32,000 nucleotides of DNA from an uncultured archaeon (GTDB taxonomy: Archaea > Asgardarchaeota > Thorarchaeia > Thorarchaeales > Thorarchaeaceae): assembly GCA_964354495.1 (NCBI GenBank), contig CAYHAA010000002.1, forward strand, positions 60,001 to 92,000. The letters are read 5' to 3'. The notes beneath the pieces were generated by a model. The model was not told the origin of the DNA. It ran no database searches and saw only the letters and a program-made list of their open reading frames with translations. Positions within the stretch are counted from its first letter, which is position 1; the number at the start of each line of letters is the position of its first letter. A program made the translations under genes and the position numbers. Below are positions 19,558 through 29,041 of the stretch, in pieces.

Positions 19558-20149
19558 TTAGGCCAGAAGGATGCTGAGGGCGAATAATGGCCCAAGAGTG
19601 AGAGGAATAATTCCGCGGAAAGCGGCATGATTCGCCAAAATAAGAATGGGCTGCAAACACCAGAGTACCAGAATCAGAAACGTGAAGAAGAGTGCTTCTC
19701 TAATTCTTAGACGCTCTGCAGAGGCAACAGCTGCTATCTCAGACACTACCACGCTCATTAACGCAAATAGAATCAGGACCACAAGCTCGGCTGCAGAAGA
19801 ATGCGTACGTGGATATATGCCGAATAGAAGTATCATGAAGAGATCTGTAGGACCAAGTATGTAGGCAGAGAGATGAAGTCAGTCGATTTGGTGGGGTCTA
19901 GAAGTCCAATATAATCCCGAAAAGAAGAACGAGATTACGGGAACCAAAATCGCATTTCTGTGTTTTTTTCTCGACACCCAAATACCATATGAGACAGGAA
20001 AACAGGAGAATCGAGTTGACTGGAAACAAAAGGGCGTAATATAATGCAAGGACAGTCACTGGAATGAAAGCAACTGGAAAAATCATCAGTAGAATGTAGA
20101 TTAATAAGAATAGAGCTACCGCTAGCAATTGTCTTGGATGAAGTTCCAC
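19558..20149 (-). pseudogene. Small multi-pass membrane protein gene, apparently broken (or two small hydrophobic ORFs)
   Basis: Two adjacent hydrophobic ORFs (19898-20149, 19558-19836). Removing one A from the A7 run at 19963-19969 joins them into one frame interrupted only by TGA at 19879-19881. Confidence 0.45.
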
Positions 20150-20389
20150 CCGCGGGCCTCTAGATACAGCACTGGATTTCCCAACCAGTCCATAATCAGG
20201 AACTGTATTTTAGTTACTTCCGTTTAAGTAGGAATCGAAGCTGTTTAGATTTAGTAAACGTTAATCCATTCGCCCAAACGTCGACCCATTTCTTGGATAC
20301 ATGGCCTCGTTTCTGTGCGAAGCTCAATCTTTAAAACGGGGAGTTCTTGGCCCTTCTACCAATAACAGAGTGTCTTGGACTGAGGAAAT

Positions 20390-21343
20390 ATGATGCGAAT
20401 CTTGGTGACCGGTTCATATGGGCAAATTGGAACAGAGCTAGTTGGCGCTCTACGCAACAAGTATGGTGGCGATAATGTCATTGCATCAGGCCGAAAGAAG
20501 CCACCAAAGATTCTCACCGAAGATGGACCGTATCTTCATCTCGATATTCTCGATACTAATCAGATTCATTCAATGCTTGTCGACAATGACATCAATGTCA
20601 TAATTCACAATGCTTCTGTCCTATCCGGTGTTGGCGAAAAAGACCCTCAACTTGCGTTCTCCACGAATGTCCAAGGGGCATACAACATACTTGAAGCAGC
20701 CAGAATCTTGGATCTCGACCAAGTCATAATACCGAGTTCGATTGCTGCCTTCGGTCCAAGTACTCCTCGTGACAATACGCCCAACGACGTAATTATGCGG
20801 CCGACGAGCGCGTATGGTGTTACGAAGGTCTTCATAGAGCTATGGGGAGAATACTATGCGAAACGATATGGCCTTGACTTCCGTTCCCTGAGATACCCTG
20901 GCATCATCAGTGCTGAAGCGCTCCCAGGTGGAGGAACAACAGACTACGCGGTGGAAATCTTCTACGAGGCAATAAAGAACAAGAAGTACACTTCGTTTCT
21001 GAATAAAGGCACGTATCTTCCAATGATGTACATGCCTGACTGCATCAAATGCACAATGAACCTCATGGAAGCAGATGCAAAGAAGCTGAAGCATAGAAGC
21101 TTCAATATTACGGCAATGTCATTTGCTCCTGACGAATTGGCTGCCGAAATCAAGAAACACATTCCAACGTTCAAAATAAGCTATGCACCTGACTTCCGAC
21201 AAGCAATTGCAGAGTCATGGCCCGCATCGCTTGATGATAGTGTGGCTCGGGAAGAATGGGGCTGGAAGCCAGAGTATGACCTAGCGGCGATGACAAAGGA
21301 TATGCTTGAGAAACTATCCAAGAAACTCGGGATACGCTACTAG
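20390..21343 (+). CDS. tdh: L-threonine 3-dehydrogenase, SDR (epimerase-like) type
   Basis: ILVTGSYGQIG, SSIAAFG, YGVTK (YxxxK), RYPGIIS..PGGGTTDYAV, LPMMYMPD, typical of SDR-type TDH. Confidence 0.85.
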   Translation: MMRILVTGSYGQIGTELVGALRNKYGGDNVIASGRKKPPKILTEDGPYLHLDILDTNQIHSMLVDNDINVIIHNASVLSGVGEKDPQLAFSTNVQGAYNILEAARILDLDQVIIPSSIAAFGPSTPRDNTPNDVIMRPTSAYGVTKVFIELWGEYYAKRYGLDFRSLRYPGIISAEALPGGGTTDYAVEIFYEAIKNKKYTSFLNKGTYLPMMYMPDCIKCTMNLMEADAKKLKHRSFNITAMSFAPDELAAEIKKHIPTFKISYAPDFRQAIAESWPASLDDSVAREEWGWKPEYDLAAMTKDMLEKLSKKLGIRY

Positions 21344-21452
21344 CAGCATCGCAGGGGCAGGAAAGGCATTTGTTGTCCTGTCTGCCTCATGGTTGAAGAC
21401 AGCAAACGGCACATTTATGTCAATTGCGGTTTTTCAATAGACTATTCATACG

Positions 21453-23216
21453 GTGAGCCTGATGAATCGAGACCCACTCTATCTTTCCGTCTTCATCCTT
21501 TCCATTCTAATTGCATCTTCGTTCTACTTGTCTTGGAGCGTGGATAGAGGAATGGGAGAACTTACTGTCGAGAGATTGCGAATTGAACGGGCTCCAGGAC
21601 GGCCTGTAGATTTCATAGTCTATTCACCGCGAGCCGGCATTCATGTTGACCCCATGCCTGTTGCCCTGACACTTCACGGTCTCGCGGGCTCAAAGGAAGG
21701 AATGTATGCATTCAACATAGAGCTGGCAAGACGCAATTTCACTGTCGTTTCTGTCGACCTTGCGGGACACGGGGATTCTAGTCTGCCCTTCATCCTCGAA
21801 GATTATGAAGGGATGGCGCAGGACGCGTACGCAGCTCTTCGTTACGTTCAGGAGAACTGGGCTGACGTCGATAATGAGAGCTATGGTATTCTGTCACATT
21901 CCCTGGGCTTTCGTGTAGCGATTGAGATGAAGGACATGCCTGTTGCCCCGCTGGCATATGCGACTGTAGGTGATATCGGGCAGATGAGTCTCGGATCATA
22001 TGTCGACTTTCCAGGCAATCTCCTAATAGCTATTGGCGCGTACGATGAAATGATCTCAGAAGAAGATGCCGTTAATGCAATCAGGACTGCCACTGGAAAC
22101 AGCAGTGCAGAGGCAGGGGTAACCTATGGGTCGCTTGAGAACCAGACCGCCTATCGTTTGGTGTTTGCACCGACAGACCACGTCTTTGAGGCCCTCGATG
22201 GTACAATCGTTCAAGAGTCTGCTTCCTGGCTTATTCAGGGCGTTCAAGGCGAAGAACAGCTCTCCCAGACTCTTGACCCAAAAGACCAAATTTACTTCAG
22301 CAAGGTCATTGCTACTTTCTCGGGTGCCTTCTCGCTCCTTGTCAGTGTCGTCCCGGTCATGCTACTTGTCTACAGCTACCTTCCTGAAAGGATGAAACCA
22401 CGGAAGATACCTCTTCAGACCAAAGAACTCAGCTACAAGAAGACATTCGCCATCAGCTCAATTCTAGGAGCAATAATGGTGACGATCTTCACTGCGACAA
22501 CAGCAGGGGGATTCCATCTTGAGAACCTAGGGCTTGCCTGGCCGAACTCAATGTTTGCTACAGGTCTGATACTCTTCTACACAGTCTCGCTTTTCTGTTT
22601 GACTGCAGCAATGTGCGGCCTGATGGGGATATCGAATACAAAGTTGGCATTTGCATCAATTGGCATACAGAGAATTCCCGTCAAGGAGCATATCATTGAT
22701 TTCCTCAAGTGCATCGCTGTCGCAGGAGTATGTATAATTTGGCTTCTCTTCTGGCTGGCCATAAGCGGCTTGCCTGAACAAATGCAACCATGGATTCTCT
22801 TGGCACTGGTGAAGTGGCCCGTCAGCATTCGTGGTATCAATACGGTCATAGTGATCGCCTTTGCCATTCCCTATCTCGTAGTTGATGCAGCTTGGCTACG
22901 AGGACTTCTCTTGAGTGACCGAGAATGGAGCGGAAGTTGGAAAGAAGTCAAGACCATGATCTTTGCATTCGCGTCGAAGTTTGCGGTTTCAGGCGTGCTT
23001 GCCGTAGTAGTGGTGTCTGGCACCACTGCACTTGGATTCATCGGTGGCAAAATGGTACTGTTGGGTCTCTTGCTCCTATTGATGCTAGTTGTTTCGCTCT
23101 TGACGACAGTATTGACTGCATGGACTGCCCTCAAGTTCCAAAACACATGGCCTGCAATACTTGTTAGTGCGTTCATGCTGTCCATTGTTGCAGTATCAAG
23201 TATTCCGCTGATCTAG
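21453..23216 (+). CDS. Alpha/beta-hydrolase domain fused to an N-terminal anchor and a multi-TM C-terminal domain
   Basis: LHGLAGS oxyanion loop, VDLAGHGDS, nucleophile elbow SHSLG, candidate His in TDHVF. About 7-8 hydrophobic helices in the C-terminal half. Confidence 0.8.
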   Translation: MSLMNRDPLYLSVFILSILIASSFYLSWSVDRGMGELTVERLRIERAPGRPVDFIVYSPRAGIHVDPMPVALTLHGLAGSKEGMYAFNIELARRNFTVVSVDLAGHGDSSLPFILEDYEGMAQDAYAALRYVQENWADVDNESYGILSHSLGFRVAIEMKDMPVAPLAYATVGDIGQMSLGSYVDFPGNLLIAIGAYDEMISEEDAVNAIRTATGNSSAEAGVTYGSLENQTAYRLVFAPTDHVFEALDGTIVQESASWLIQGVQGEEQLSQTLDPKDQIYFSKVIATFSGAFSLLVSVVPVMLLVYSYLPERMKPRKIPLQTKELSYKKTFAISSILGAIMVTIFTATTAGGFHLENLGLAWPNSMFATGLILFYTVSLFCLTAAMCGLMGISNTKLAFASIGIQRIPVKEHIIDFLKCIAVAGVCIIWLLFWLAISGLPEQMQPWILLALVKWPVSIRGINTVIVIAFAIPYLVVDAAWLRGLLLSDREWSGSWKEVKTMIFAFASKFAVSGVLAVVVVSGTTALGFIGGKMVLLGLLLLLMLVVSLLTTVLTAWTALKFQNTWPAILVSAFMLSIVAVSSIPLI

Positions 23217-23297
23217 AGAGAAAGTAGGGATGAAGGTATGCTCTCCGTGGTACACTATGTGCCATTAGAGGGACGTCCAGGGCTCACACGGACTCCA

Positions 23298-24521
23298 CTA
23301 ATGCTCGCGAACTTCAAAGTCCAGCCCCTGTTTGGCCATTAGCTTTAGCATCTTCTGGAGTGCTCTCTCATCAGGCACTTCGAGAATCAGCTCAACCTCC
23401 GCTCTGTTAGGTGGTATCCCAGGGTCAAAACGGTCCTGGTTGATTTCAATCACACTCACACCGGATTCAGCAACCAAGCTAAGTACTCTGTTCATGCTTC
23501 CAACCTTATCCAGAATCGAGCCCCTTACTCTCACCGAACGACCTAATCTGAACAGCTCTTTCTCAACAATCCTAGAGAGAAGTGACATGTCAATATTGCC
23601 CCCAGAGAGAACTGTAACTGCCTTCTTTCCTTTTATGGGGATTTTTCCATAGTAGTACGCAGCGAGCCCAACGCAGCCAGATGGCTCAACAACAAGCTTA
23701 GCTCTCTCAAGAAGCATGAAGATTGTACGAGTGACCTCTAGCTCGTCAACAGTTGCCACTCCAGAAATGAGGTCTCTGGATATCTTGAATGTCAAATTGC
23801 CAGGCGTCTTAACTGCTATCCCGTCGCAGACAGTATCCAAGTTCTCAATGTGGATGATCTTTCCTGCCTCAAGAGAGGCCTTCATTGAGGGGGCACCAGC
23901 AGCTTCCACCCCATATATCTCAACCTCAGGGCGTTGCTCTTTGACTGCAATAGAGATGCCGGAGATCAGCCCTCCGCCGCCTATCGGAACGGAAATCACA
24001 TCAACATCTGGGCACTCATCAAGTATTTCGAGTCCAATGGTTCCTTGGCCGGCAATTACATTCTCATCATTGAAGGGGTGCAGGAATGTGACACCACTTT
24101 TCTCAGAGGTTTCTTTTGCATAGGCAAGAGCATCGTCGAACGTATCGCCATGTTGGATGACCGTGGCTCCATAGGTCTCAGTCGCTTGGATTTTCGCAAC
24201 AGAAGCATATGTAGGCATGATAATAGTCGAACTAATACCCAGCCTTGACGCTGCGTAGGCTACCCCCTGTGCGTGGTTGCCCGCTGAGGCTGCAATGACT
24301 CCAGCTTTCTTTTCAGAATCCGAGAATTGTGACATTGCGTACGTTGCACCACGGACCTTGAATGAACCGGTTTTCTGCAGATTCTCGAGCTTGAAGTATA
24401 TCTCTCCCTGCGTTGCATTGCTGAAAGTTGTTGAGTATTCCATGCGGGTTCTATGCGCGATGCCCTTGATTATCTCGCGAGCATCCAGCATCTTCGAGTA
24501 TATCGAACTATACTTGCTCAT
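23298..24521 (-). CDS. ilvA: Threonine ammonia-lyase (dehydratase) with C-terminal ACT domain
   Basis: KLENLQKTGSFKVRGA, ASAGNHAQG, PIGGGGLISG, SGGNID, ACT region LDKVGSMNRVL. The start could be 24548, 24521 or slightly downstream. Confidence 0.92.
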   Translation of the reverse strand: MSKYSSIYSKMLDAREIIKGIAHRTRMEYSTTFSNATQGEIYFKLENLQKTGSFKVRGATYAMSQFSDSEKKAGVIAASAGNHAQGVAYAASRLGISSTIIMPTYASVAKIQATETYGATVIQHGDTFDDALAYAKETSEKSGVTFLHPFNDENVIAGQGTIGLEILDECPDVDVISVPIGGGGLISGISIAVKEQRPEVEIYGVEAAGAPSMKASLEAGKIIHIENLDTVCDGIAVKTPGNLTFKISRDLISGVATVDELEVTRTIFMLLERAKLVVEPSGCVGLAAYYYGKIPIKGKKAVTVLSGGNIDMSLLSRIVEKELFRLGRSVRVRGSILDKVGSMNRVLSLVAESGVSVIEINQDRFDPGIPPNRAEVELILEVPDERALQKMLKLMAKQGLDFEVREH

Positions 24522-24607
24522 GATAGGCCACGATTCCCCATAGAGCACACAACCAGATTAAGGATTCCTAGGCAATCAAGAAGATAGTAGGGAGGAGTCA
24601 CTCCAAG

Positions 24608-24630
24608 AAAAGGGGTTGACTCTCCCCTTT
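24608..24630 (-). terminator. Hairpin plus U-tract after the DUF422-like gene
   Basis: Minus strand AAAGGGG-AGAGUCAA-CCCCUUUUCUU. Confidence 0.55.
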
Positions 24631-24644
24631 GAATGCGAAACGGT

Positions 24645-25178
24645 TTAGACTGCAAGAATCAGAGAGACAAGGATACTATTTGCAATTAGTGGGAATAGCA
24701 TCCATGCAATGTAGTTGCCTGGCGGGGCAGTGAATCTGTTGTATTTGGCTGGTATGAAGGCGAAGTATCCTTTCCTCACGGATGTCCATCGCCATAGCTC
24801 CATGTTTCGGCTCAAGAGAGGTTCAAGCAGCAAGAAGTCTGTCAAACAAGCAATCACACCAGACATTGTAGCAGCCTGAATCCCAGTGAAACCAAGTGAG
24901 AGCGAGAAGAGGAGACTGCTTTGTATGAAGAAGATCCAAAGGAAGACAATCCAAATGGGGACGTTCTTCACAAATGGACCATTCCTCTCCTGTTTTGTGT
25001 AGTGATAATAGCCTTGGGACGAAACGAAACTCTCACCAGCTGAAGCGATTGTGAATATCAGTAGTACTTGGAGAAGCATCAACCACCCGAAAATGCTCCA
25101 CATCAATTGAGACGTGATACTTGCAAGTCCTCCGAATATTACTAGAAGTACGAAACTCTCTAGCCTCGAGATCATCAA
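24645..25178 (-). CDS. Membrane protein resembling the CruF/DUF422 (carotenoid hydratase-like) family
   Basis: NVPIWIVFLW...DFLLLEP...LWRW...PPGNYIAW resembles the family pattern GVP...W...D...DP...W.W...P..N..GW. Five TM helices. Confidence 0.6.
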   Translation of the reverse strand: MMISRLESFVLLVIFGGLASITSQLMWSIFGWLMLLQVLLIFTIASAGESFVSSQGYYHYTKQERNGPFVKNVPIWIVFLWIFFIQSSLLFSLSLGFTGIQAATMSGVIACLTDFLLLEPLLSRNMELWRWTSVRKGYFAFIPAKYNRFTAPPGNYIAWMLFPLIANSILVSLILAV

Positions 25179-25184
25179 AACACC

Positions 25185-25469
25185 TCACCGACGCATTTTC
25201 GTCTTCGCACTATCAATCAGTTTAGATGTCTTCCTAGCGATCGAGATAGTCCAAGTCTTTCCCACTTTCTCCCTCCGCAGCTTCTGAGCAGTCAGACTAT
25301 CTTGCACCTTCAGAATAAGGTCAACAGCCTTCTTGACAGTACGACGATCAATGCCTGTGGCCTTTGAAAGGCCAGCAATTGACATCGACGGAGACTCCTT
25401 CAGCACCTGCAGTACCGCAGCCATTGCCTGTCCAAGGTCAACACGCGGAGTGGATAGAGGAAGCATCAT
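25185..25469 (-). CDS. Small winged-helix DNA-binding protein
   Basis: VLQVLKESPSMSIAGLSKATGIDRRTVKKAV HTH pattern followed by a wing-like beta hairpin. Ends 6 nt before the next gene. Confidence 0.8.
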   Translation of the reverse strand: MMLPLSTPRVDLGQAMAAVLQVLKESPSMSIAGLSKATGIDRRTVKKAVDLILKVQDSLTAQKLRREKVGKTWTISIARKTSKLIDSAKTKMRR

Positions 25470-25499
25470 ATTGAATCATTGTTCATTTGGGCATGTCTG

Positions 25500-25550
25500 C
25501 TTATATACATTATTATGTACACGTTACTATGTCCACTTAATAATGTACAC
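25500..25550 (-). promoter_or_regulatory. TATA box plus three tandem 14-bp repeats (putative operator array)
   Basis: TATATAAG on minus (25500-25507). Plus-strand units ATTATTATGTACAC (25509-22), GTTACTATGTCCAC (25523-36), TTAATAATGTACAC (25537-50). Confidence 0.6.
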
Positions 25551-25658
25551 ATTTGATAATCATCAGTCGCTGTGGACCTCTATCCAGGCGTGGGTCAATC
25601 AGTTTGCATGAATTGCAGGGATTGAGCATGTATCGACATCGGCTGACCTAATCAACGA

Positions 25659-26801
25659 TTAGAAGATCCTATGTTTGATATCAATGCCACGGGACCGTAG
25701 CTCTTTTATGAAGAGCTCAGGAGGAATGCATCTTTCAGGGGTCAATACGCCCCGCTCACTTATGCGGCCATCAGCCATCATCATTGCAGTCACTGCAGCA
25801 GGGAAAGAGGTCGTTCGCATCATGGAAGTGAGACCAGTAGTCTCATCGAAGTAGTCTATGACCTCGTATTCGATATTTCGTGATTCAGTACCCTTCCAAC
25901 CTTCAACCATTATTCGGATGAGTGTGACATCCTTTCCGGCAGGCGGCAGATTCTTTTCCAGTAGGGTTTCAAGCATTTTTCGTGGGCGCACTTTCTTTCC
26001 TTCAACCTCTATTGGATCACTACTCATGAGTCCAAGCTTCATCAAGCACCAGACCTTATGACCATGTCCGGGATAGCGTATCGTCTTGTAGTCCATCTCA
26101 CCGACTCTTCCTTGATAGGTATATGGAAGTGTTGACGTACCTCCGCTCGTATTGAACGCCTCTAGTTTTCCAAAGGGCTCAGGGAAGTATATCTCTTCGA
26201 ATCCGACCAACGGGTCCTCGAGAACTACTTTGCCATCTCTCAGAGCAACACAAGGTTCCACATATTCGTTGATCAGTCCTTCAACGGAAAAGATTAGAGA
26301 GTAGTTCAACGGGGGACGAGGCTCTTGTTGGAGACCTCCGACTCGAATCTTCACACTATCAACGCGGTCCAGATACTCGATTCCATGCCTTGCAAGAACA
26401 CTGACCATTCCGGGTGCAAGCCCGCAATCTGGCACAACGGTGATGCCGGCATCTCTCGCCCGATCACTCATCTCAATCTGCTTCTGCACAATCGTCCAGC
26501 CTCCTCCTAAGTCGCACATATGCGTGCCAGTCTCTATCGCGACCTCGGTATGAAGCACATTGACTGTGTAACTCACCGCACTGATGACTGTGTCCACAGT
26601 TCCAAAGAAGCCATTGAGCTGCTCTCGATTCCTAGCATCGACCTTCACCGCTTTTGCCTTTGAGCCCGTTTCTTTGGCTAGTGACTCTGCACATTTCAGA
26701 TTGATATCGGCTAGCAGAAGTTGTTCAACTGCATCTTGTCGAGCTAGGTCAAATGCTGCACCTCTGCCCATCTGACCGCTTCCGAGAATACCTATCTTCA
26801 T
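25659..26801 (-). CDS. Saccharopine dehydrogenase-family protein (possible lysine 6-dehydrogenase)
   Basis: GILGSGQMG Rossmann motif, DCGLAPG, FSVEGLINEY, EAFNTSGG, KTIRYPGH, MMRTTSFP. Confidence 0.85.
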   Translation of the reverse strand: MKIGILGSGQMGRGAAFDLARQDAVEQLLLADINLKCAESLAKETGSKAKAVKVDARNREQLNGFFGTVDTVISAVSYTVNVLHTEVAIETGTHMCDLGGGWTIVQKQIEMSDRARDAGITVVPDCGLAPGMVSVLARHGIEYLDRVDSVKIRVGGLQQEPRPPLNYSLIFSVEGLINEYVEPCVALRDGKVVLEDPLVGFEEIYFPEPFGKLEAFNTSGGTSTLPYTYQGRVGEMDYKTIRYPGHGHKVWCLMKLGLMSSDPIEVEGKKVRPRKMLETLLEKNLPPAGKDVTLIRIMVEGWKGTESRNIEYEVIDYFDETTGLTSMMRTTSFPAAVTAMMMADGRISERGVLTPERCIPPELFIKELRSRGIDIKHRIF

Positions 26802-27073
26802 CTCATGCGTTCCTCAAATAGGTGACAACGTCGATTAGAGGCATGGTAGGTAAAAACAGTATCGACTCAGGATGTATTGAGTCAAAATGCGATAGCATCC
26901 TCTGATTGCCTCTAGTTCATTGGCTCAAAGAAAGTATGAGGAATCACTCACGACTGGTATCAAGCTGAGTAGTCACAATAATATCCCAAGAAACGGACTA
27001 AGTCCTCAAATCAACAGCTAGTCCTGGATTGTCGGGATCCGGTATATCATTGCAAGATGATCTCAGTCTCTTC

Positions 27074-28966
27074 TCACACTTCTCGTGAGAAAATCGGTTG
27101 TTTGGAAACGAGAAACGGCATCATGAGTCTCTGTTTGGGAGCGAACTTAGTCTTCTCTGAGACTTGCATAGCCAGCTCCTCAGTTGTCATAGTAACTTGG
27201 TCTTTGAGTTCTCGTCGTCTTACAGATAACTGGTGGCTTTCTCTCTCCTTATCGCCGACTACGCAGATGAAGGGTATCCAGAGCTTTTCAGCAGACCGAA
27301 TCTTCTTGTTCAGAGTTTGCTGACGATCGTCGACTTCGTAACGAATACCGTATTTCCCGAGGACCTTGCCGACATCTAGGCAATAGTCTAGCATATTCTC
27401 ATTCAAGGGGACCAATCTTACCTGAACCGGCGTCATCCACAGAGGCAAATGGGGTGCCTTGCCAGCTTTCATGTCCTTGCTTGCCTGCTCCAAGACACCA
27501 TACACAATTCTCTCAATTGATCCTGAGGGAGAAGTATGCAGAATCAAAGGATAGTGTTCCTTGCCTTCCTCATCCACATATCTGATGTTGAAGCGCTCAC
27601 CGTTTTCTACGTCTATCTGAATAGTTGCAAGACACGCGGCTTTGAGTTGTTCGTCAACGACATTCCATTCACCCTTGAAAATGAAGTAAGCATAGCGTTC
27701 TTCGAACAGCTCGACCATGACAGGCTTGCCGACTCCAGCAATGACACCGAGGACAAAGTCCTTGTTCTCTTCGAAGAATGATCTGAGCACCCGGAATGAG
27801 ACCTCATAGGAGACCTCTAGCTCATTCATTAGTTTCTCAACAAATATCAGTTGACTCTTGACAGAAGTCTTTGCCATTTCAATATCAGCAACTATCTCAT
27901 GGATATCCGGCATGGTGAATGCCCTGGGCCGTCGCATTCCAGCAAGCTCTCCACTCTGTTCCCGTCTGTAGGAAGGGGCGATCTCGAAGAGCTTCAGAGG
28001 CAGCTGCTTGTATGACACTTGTGCCTGAGAGATCAGTAGGAATTGTCCAAAACACGCTGAGAAGCGGGCAAAGTAATCGCGGTCTCCGGAGCGCACAACA
28101 TACTGTCGCGACGGAAATCTCTGCAGATACGACTTCAATGAAGGATGAGCATAGTCGTAGATCAGAGGAGTCTGCACCACGTTAGCTCCATACTCAATCA
28201 TTTCGGCAGTGACCCGTTCCTCAACGGTCCTCTTCAGAGTGAGGCCTCTTGGAGGCCATCTGAAGTTGCCCGCATCTGAACCAGGTTCATAGTCAACTAG
28301 CTCAAGGTTCTTCATTATCTCGATATGCGGAGGTGGTTCTTGGACAGTGCGATCCTTCGCAGTCTCATAGTTGATGTAGATCTCTAGTTCTTTGTACTTT
28401 GCATAATTGAACTTCTTCACATCCGTCATCTTACCGTTCGGTTCGATGACAAAGAATTGTGAACTCGCTTTTTCCTCAGCCTGAAGAGCAGTGAGGTCCT
28501 CGCCCTCAGCTACCTCGACTTCAGCGGTCTTTGCCAGTTCCTTGGAAATGTCAAGGACCTTCGAACGCTCAGAAAGCGGATGGCCCTTACAATGGATTGA
28601 GAATGCCTTGTACCATCCGAACGGCGCACGTACAACATGATAACCGCGTTTCTCAAGATTGGATGCTACGGCTTTGAGGAATTGCAGTCCAGCACTAGGT
28701 CTTGAAGGGTTCTCTGAGAGATGCACCCAAGGATAGACTACAACGTTGGTTTCTTTGACTTCATCAGCAGCAGATGCAATCATGTCTGCAGTTTGCTTGG
28801 CAGAGCCCGATACATTACTCTCATCGCTCTTCTCGACAGCAATGAAATTCACTAAGCAAGAGTCTTCGGTTGCATATACTTTCTCTTTGATATCTTCGGC
28901 AGTCTTGAGAGCCTTCCTCTTAGCCTCGTAGCTGAATCCGTCGGTGTGTATCTGAAGCATTCTCAT
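27074..28966 (-). CDS. thrS: Threonyl-tRNA synthetase, archaeal type with N-terminal editing domain
   Basis: Editing domain YPWVHLS...FGWYKAF..CKGHPLSE. Zn ligands in ACFGQF, MPDIH, ILHTSPSGSIER. Motif 2 YRREQSGE. GAGGT lies upstream of ATG 28966. Confidence 0.96.
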   Translation of the reverse strand: MRMLQIHTDGFSYEAKRKALKTAEDIKEKVYATEDSCLVNFIAVEKSDESNVSGSAKQTADMIASAADEVKETNVVVYPWVHLSENPSRPSAGLQFLKAVASNLEKRGYHVVRAPFGWYKAFSIHCKGHPLSERSKVLDISKELAKTAEVEVAEGEDLTALQAEEKASSQFFVIEPNGKMTDVKKFNYAKYKELEIYINYETAKDRTVQEPPPHIEIMKNLELVDYEPGSDAGNFRWPPRGLTLKRTVEERVTAEMIEYGANVVQTPLIYDYAHPSLKSYLQRFPSRQYVVRSGDRDYFARFSACFGQFLLISQAQVSYKQLPLKLFEIAPSYRREQSGELAGMRRPRAFTMPDIHEIVADIEMAKTSVKSQLIFVEKLMNELEVSYEVSFRVLRSFFEENKDFVLGVIAGVGKPVMVELFEERYAYFIFKGEWNVVDEQLKAACLATIQIDVENGERFNIRYVDEEGKEHYPLILHTSPSGSIERIVYGVLEQASKDMKAGKAPHLPLWMTPVQVRLVPLNENMLDYCLDVGKVLGKYGIRYEVDDRQQTLNKKIRSAEKLWIPFICVVGDKERESHQLSVRRRELKDQVTMTTEELAMQVSEKTKFAPKQRLMMPFLVSKQPIFSREV

Positions 28967-29041
28967 TCTAAGGACCTCAGTAATGGTATAGAGAAACCTA
29001 TTTGCCACTTAAGCTTGGTGACATGGGTCACTTTCAAATCA

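Noticed and set aside
21351-21390. GGGCAGG...CCTGTC hairpin after tdh resembling one arm of the thrS-upstream element
   Set aside because: Only 7 shared nt and unrelated loops; at most a weak terminator.
26836-26914. tRNA gene or lysine riboswitch
   Set aside because: tRNA-like length but no T-arm or D-arm consensus; far too short for a lysine riboswitch and lacking its motifs.
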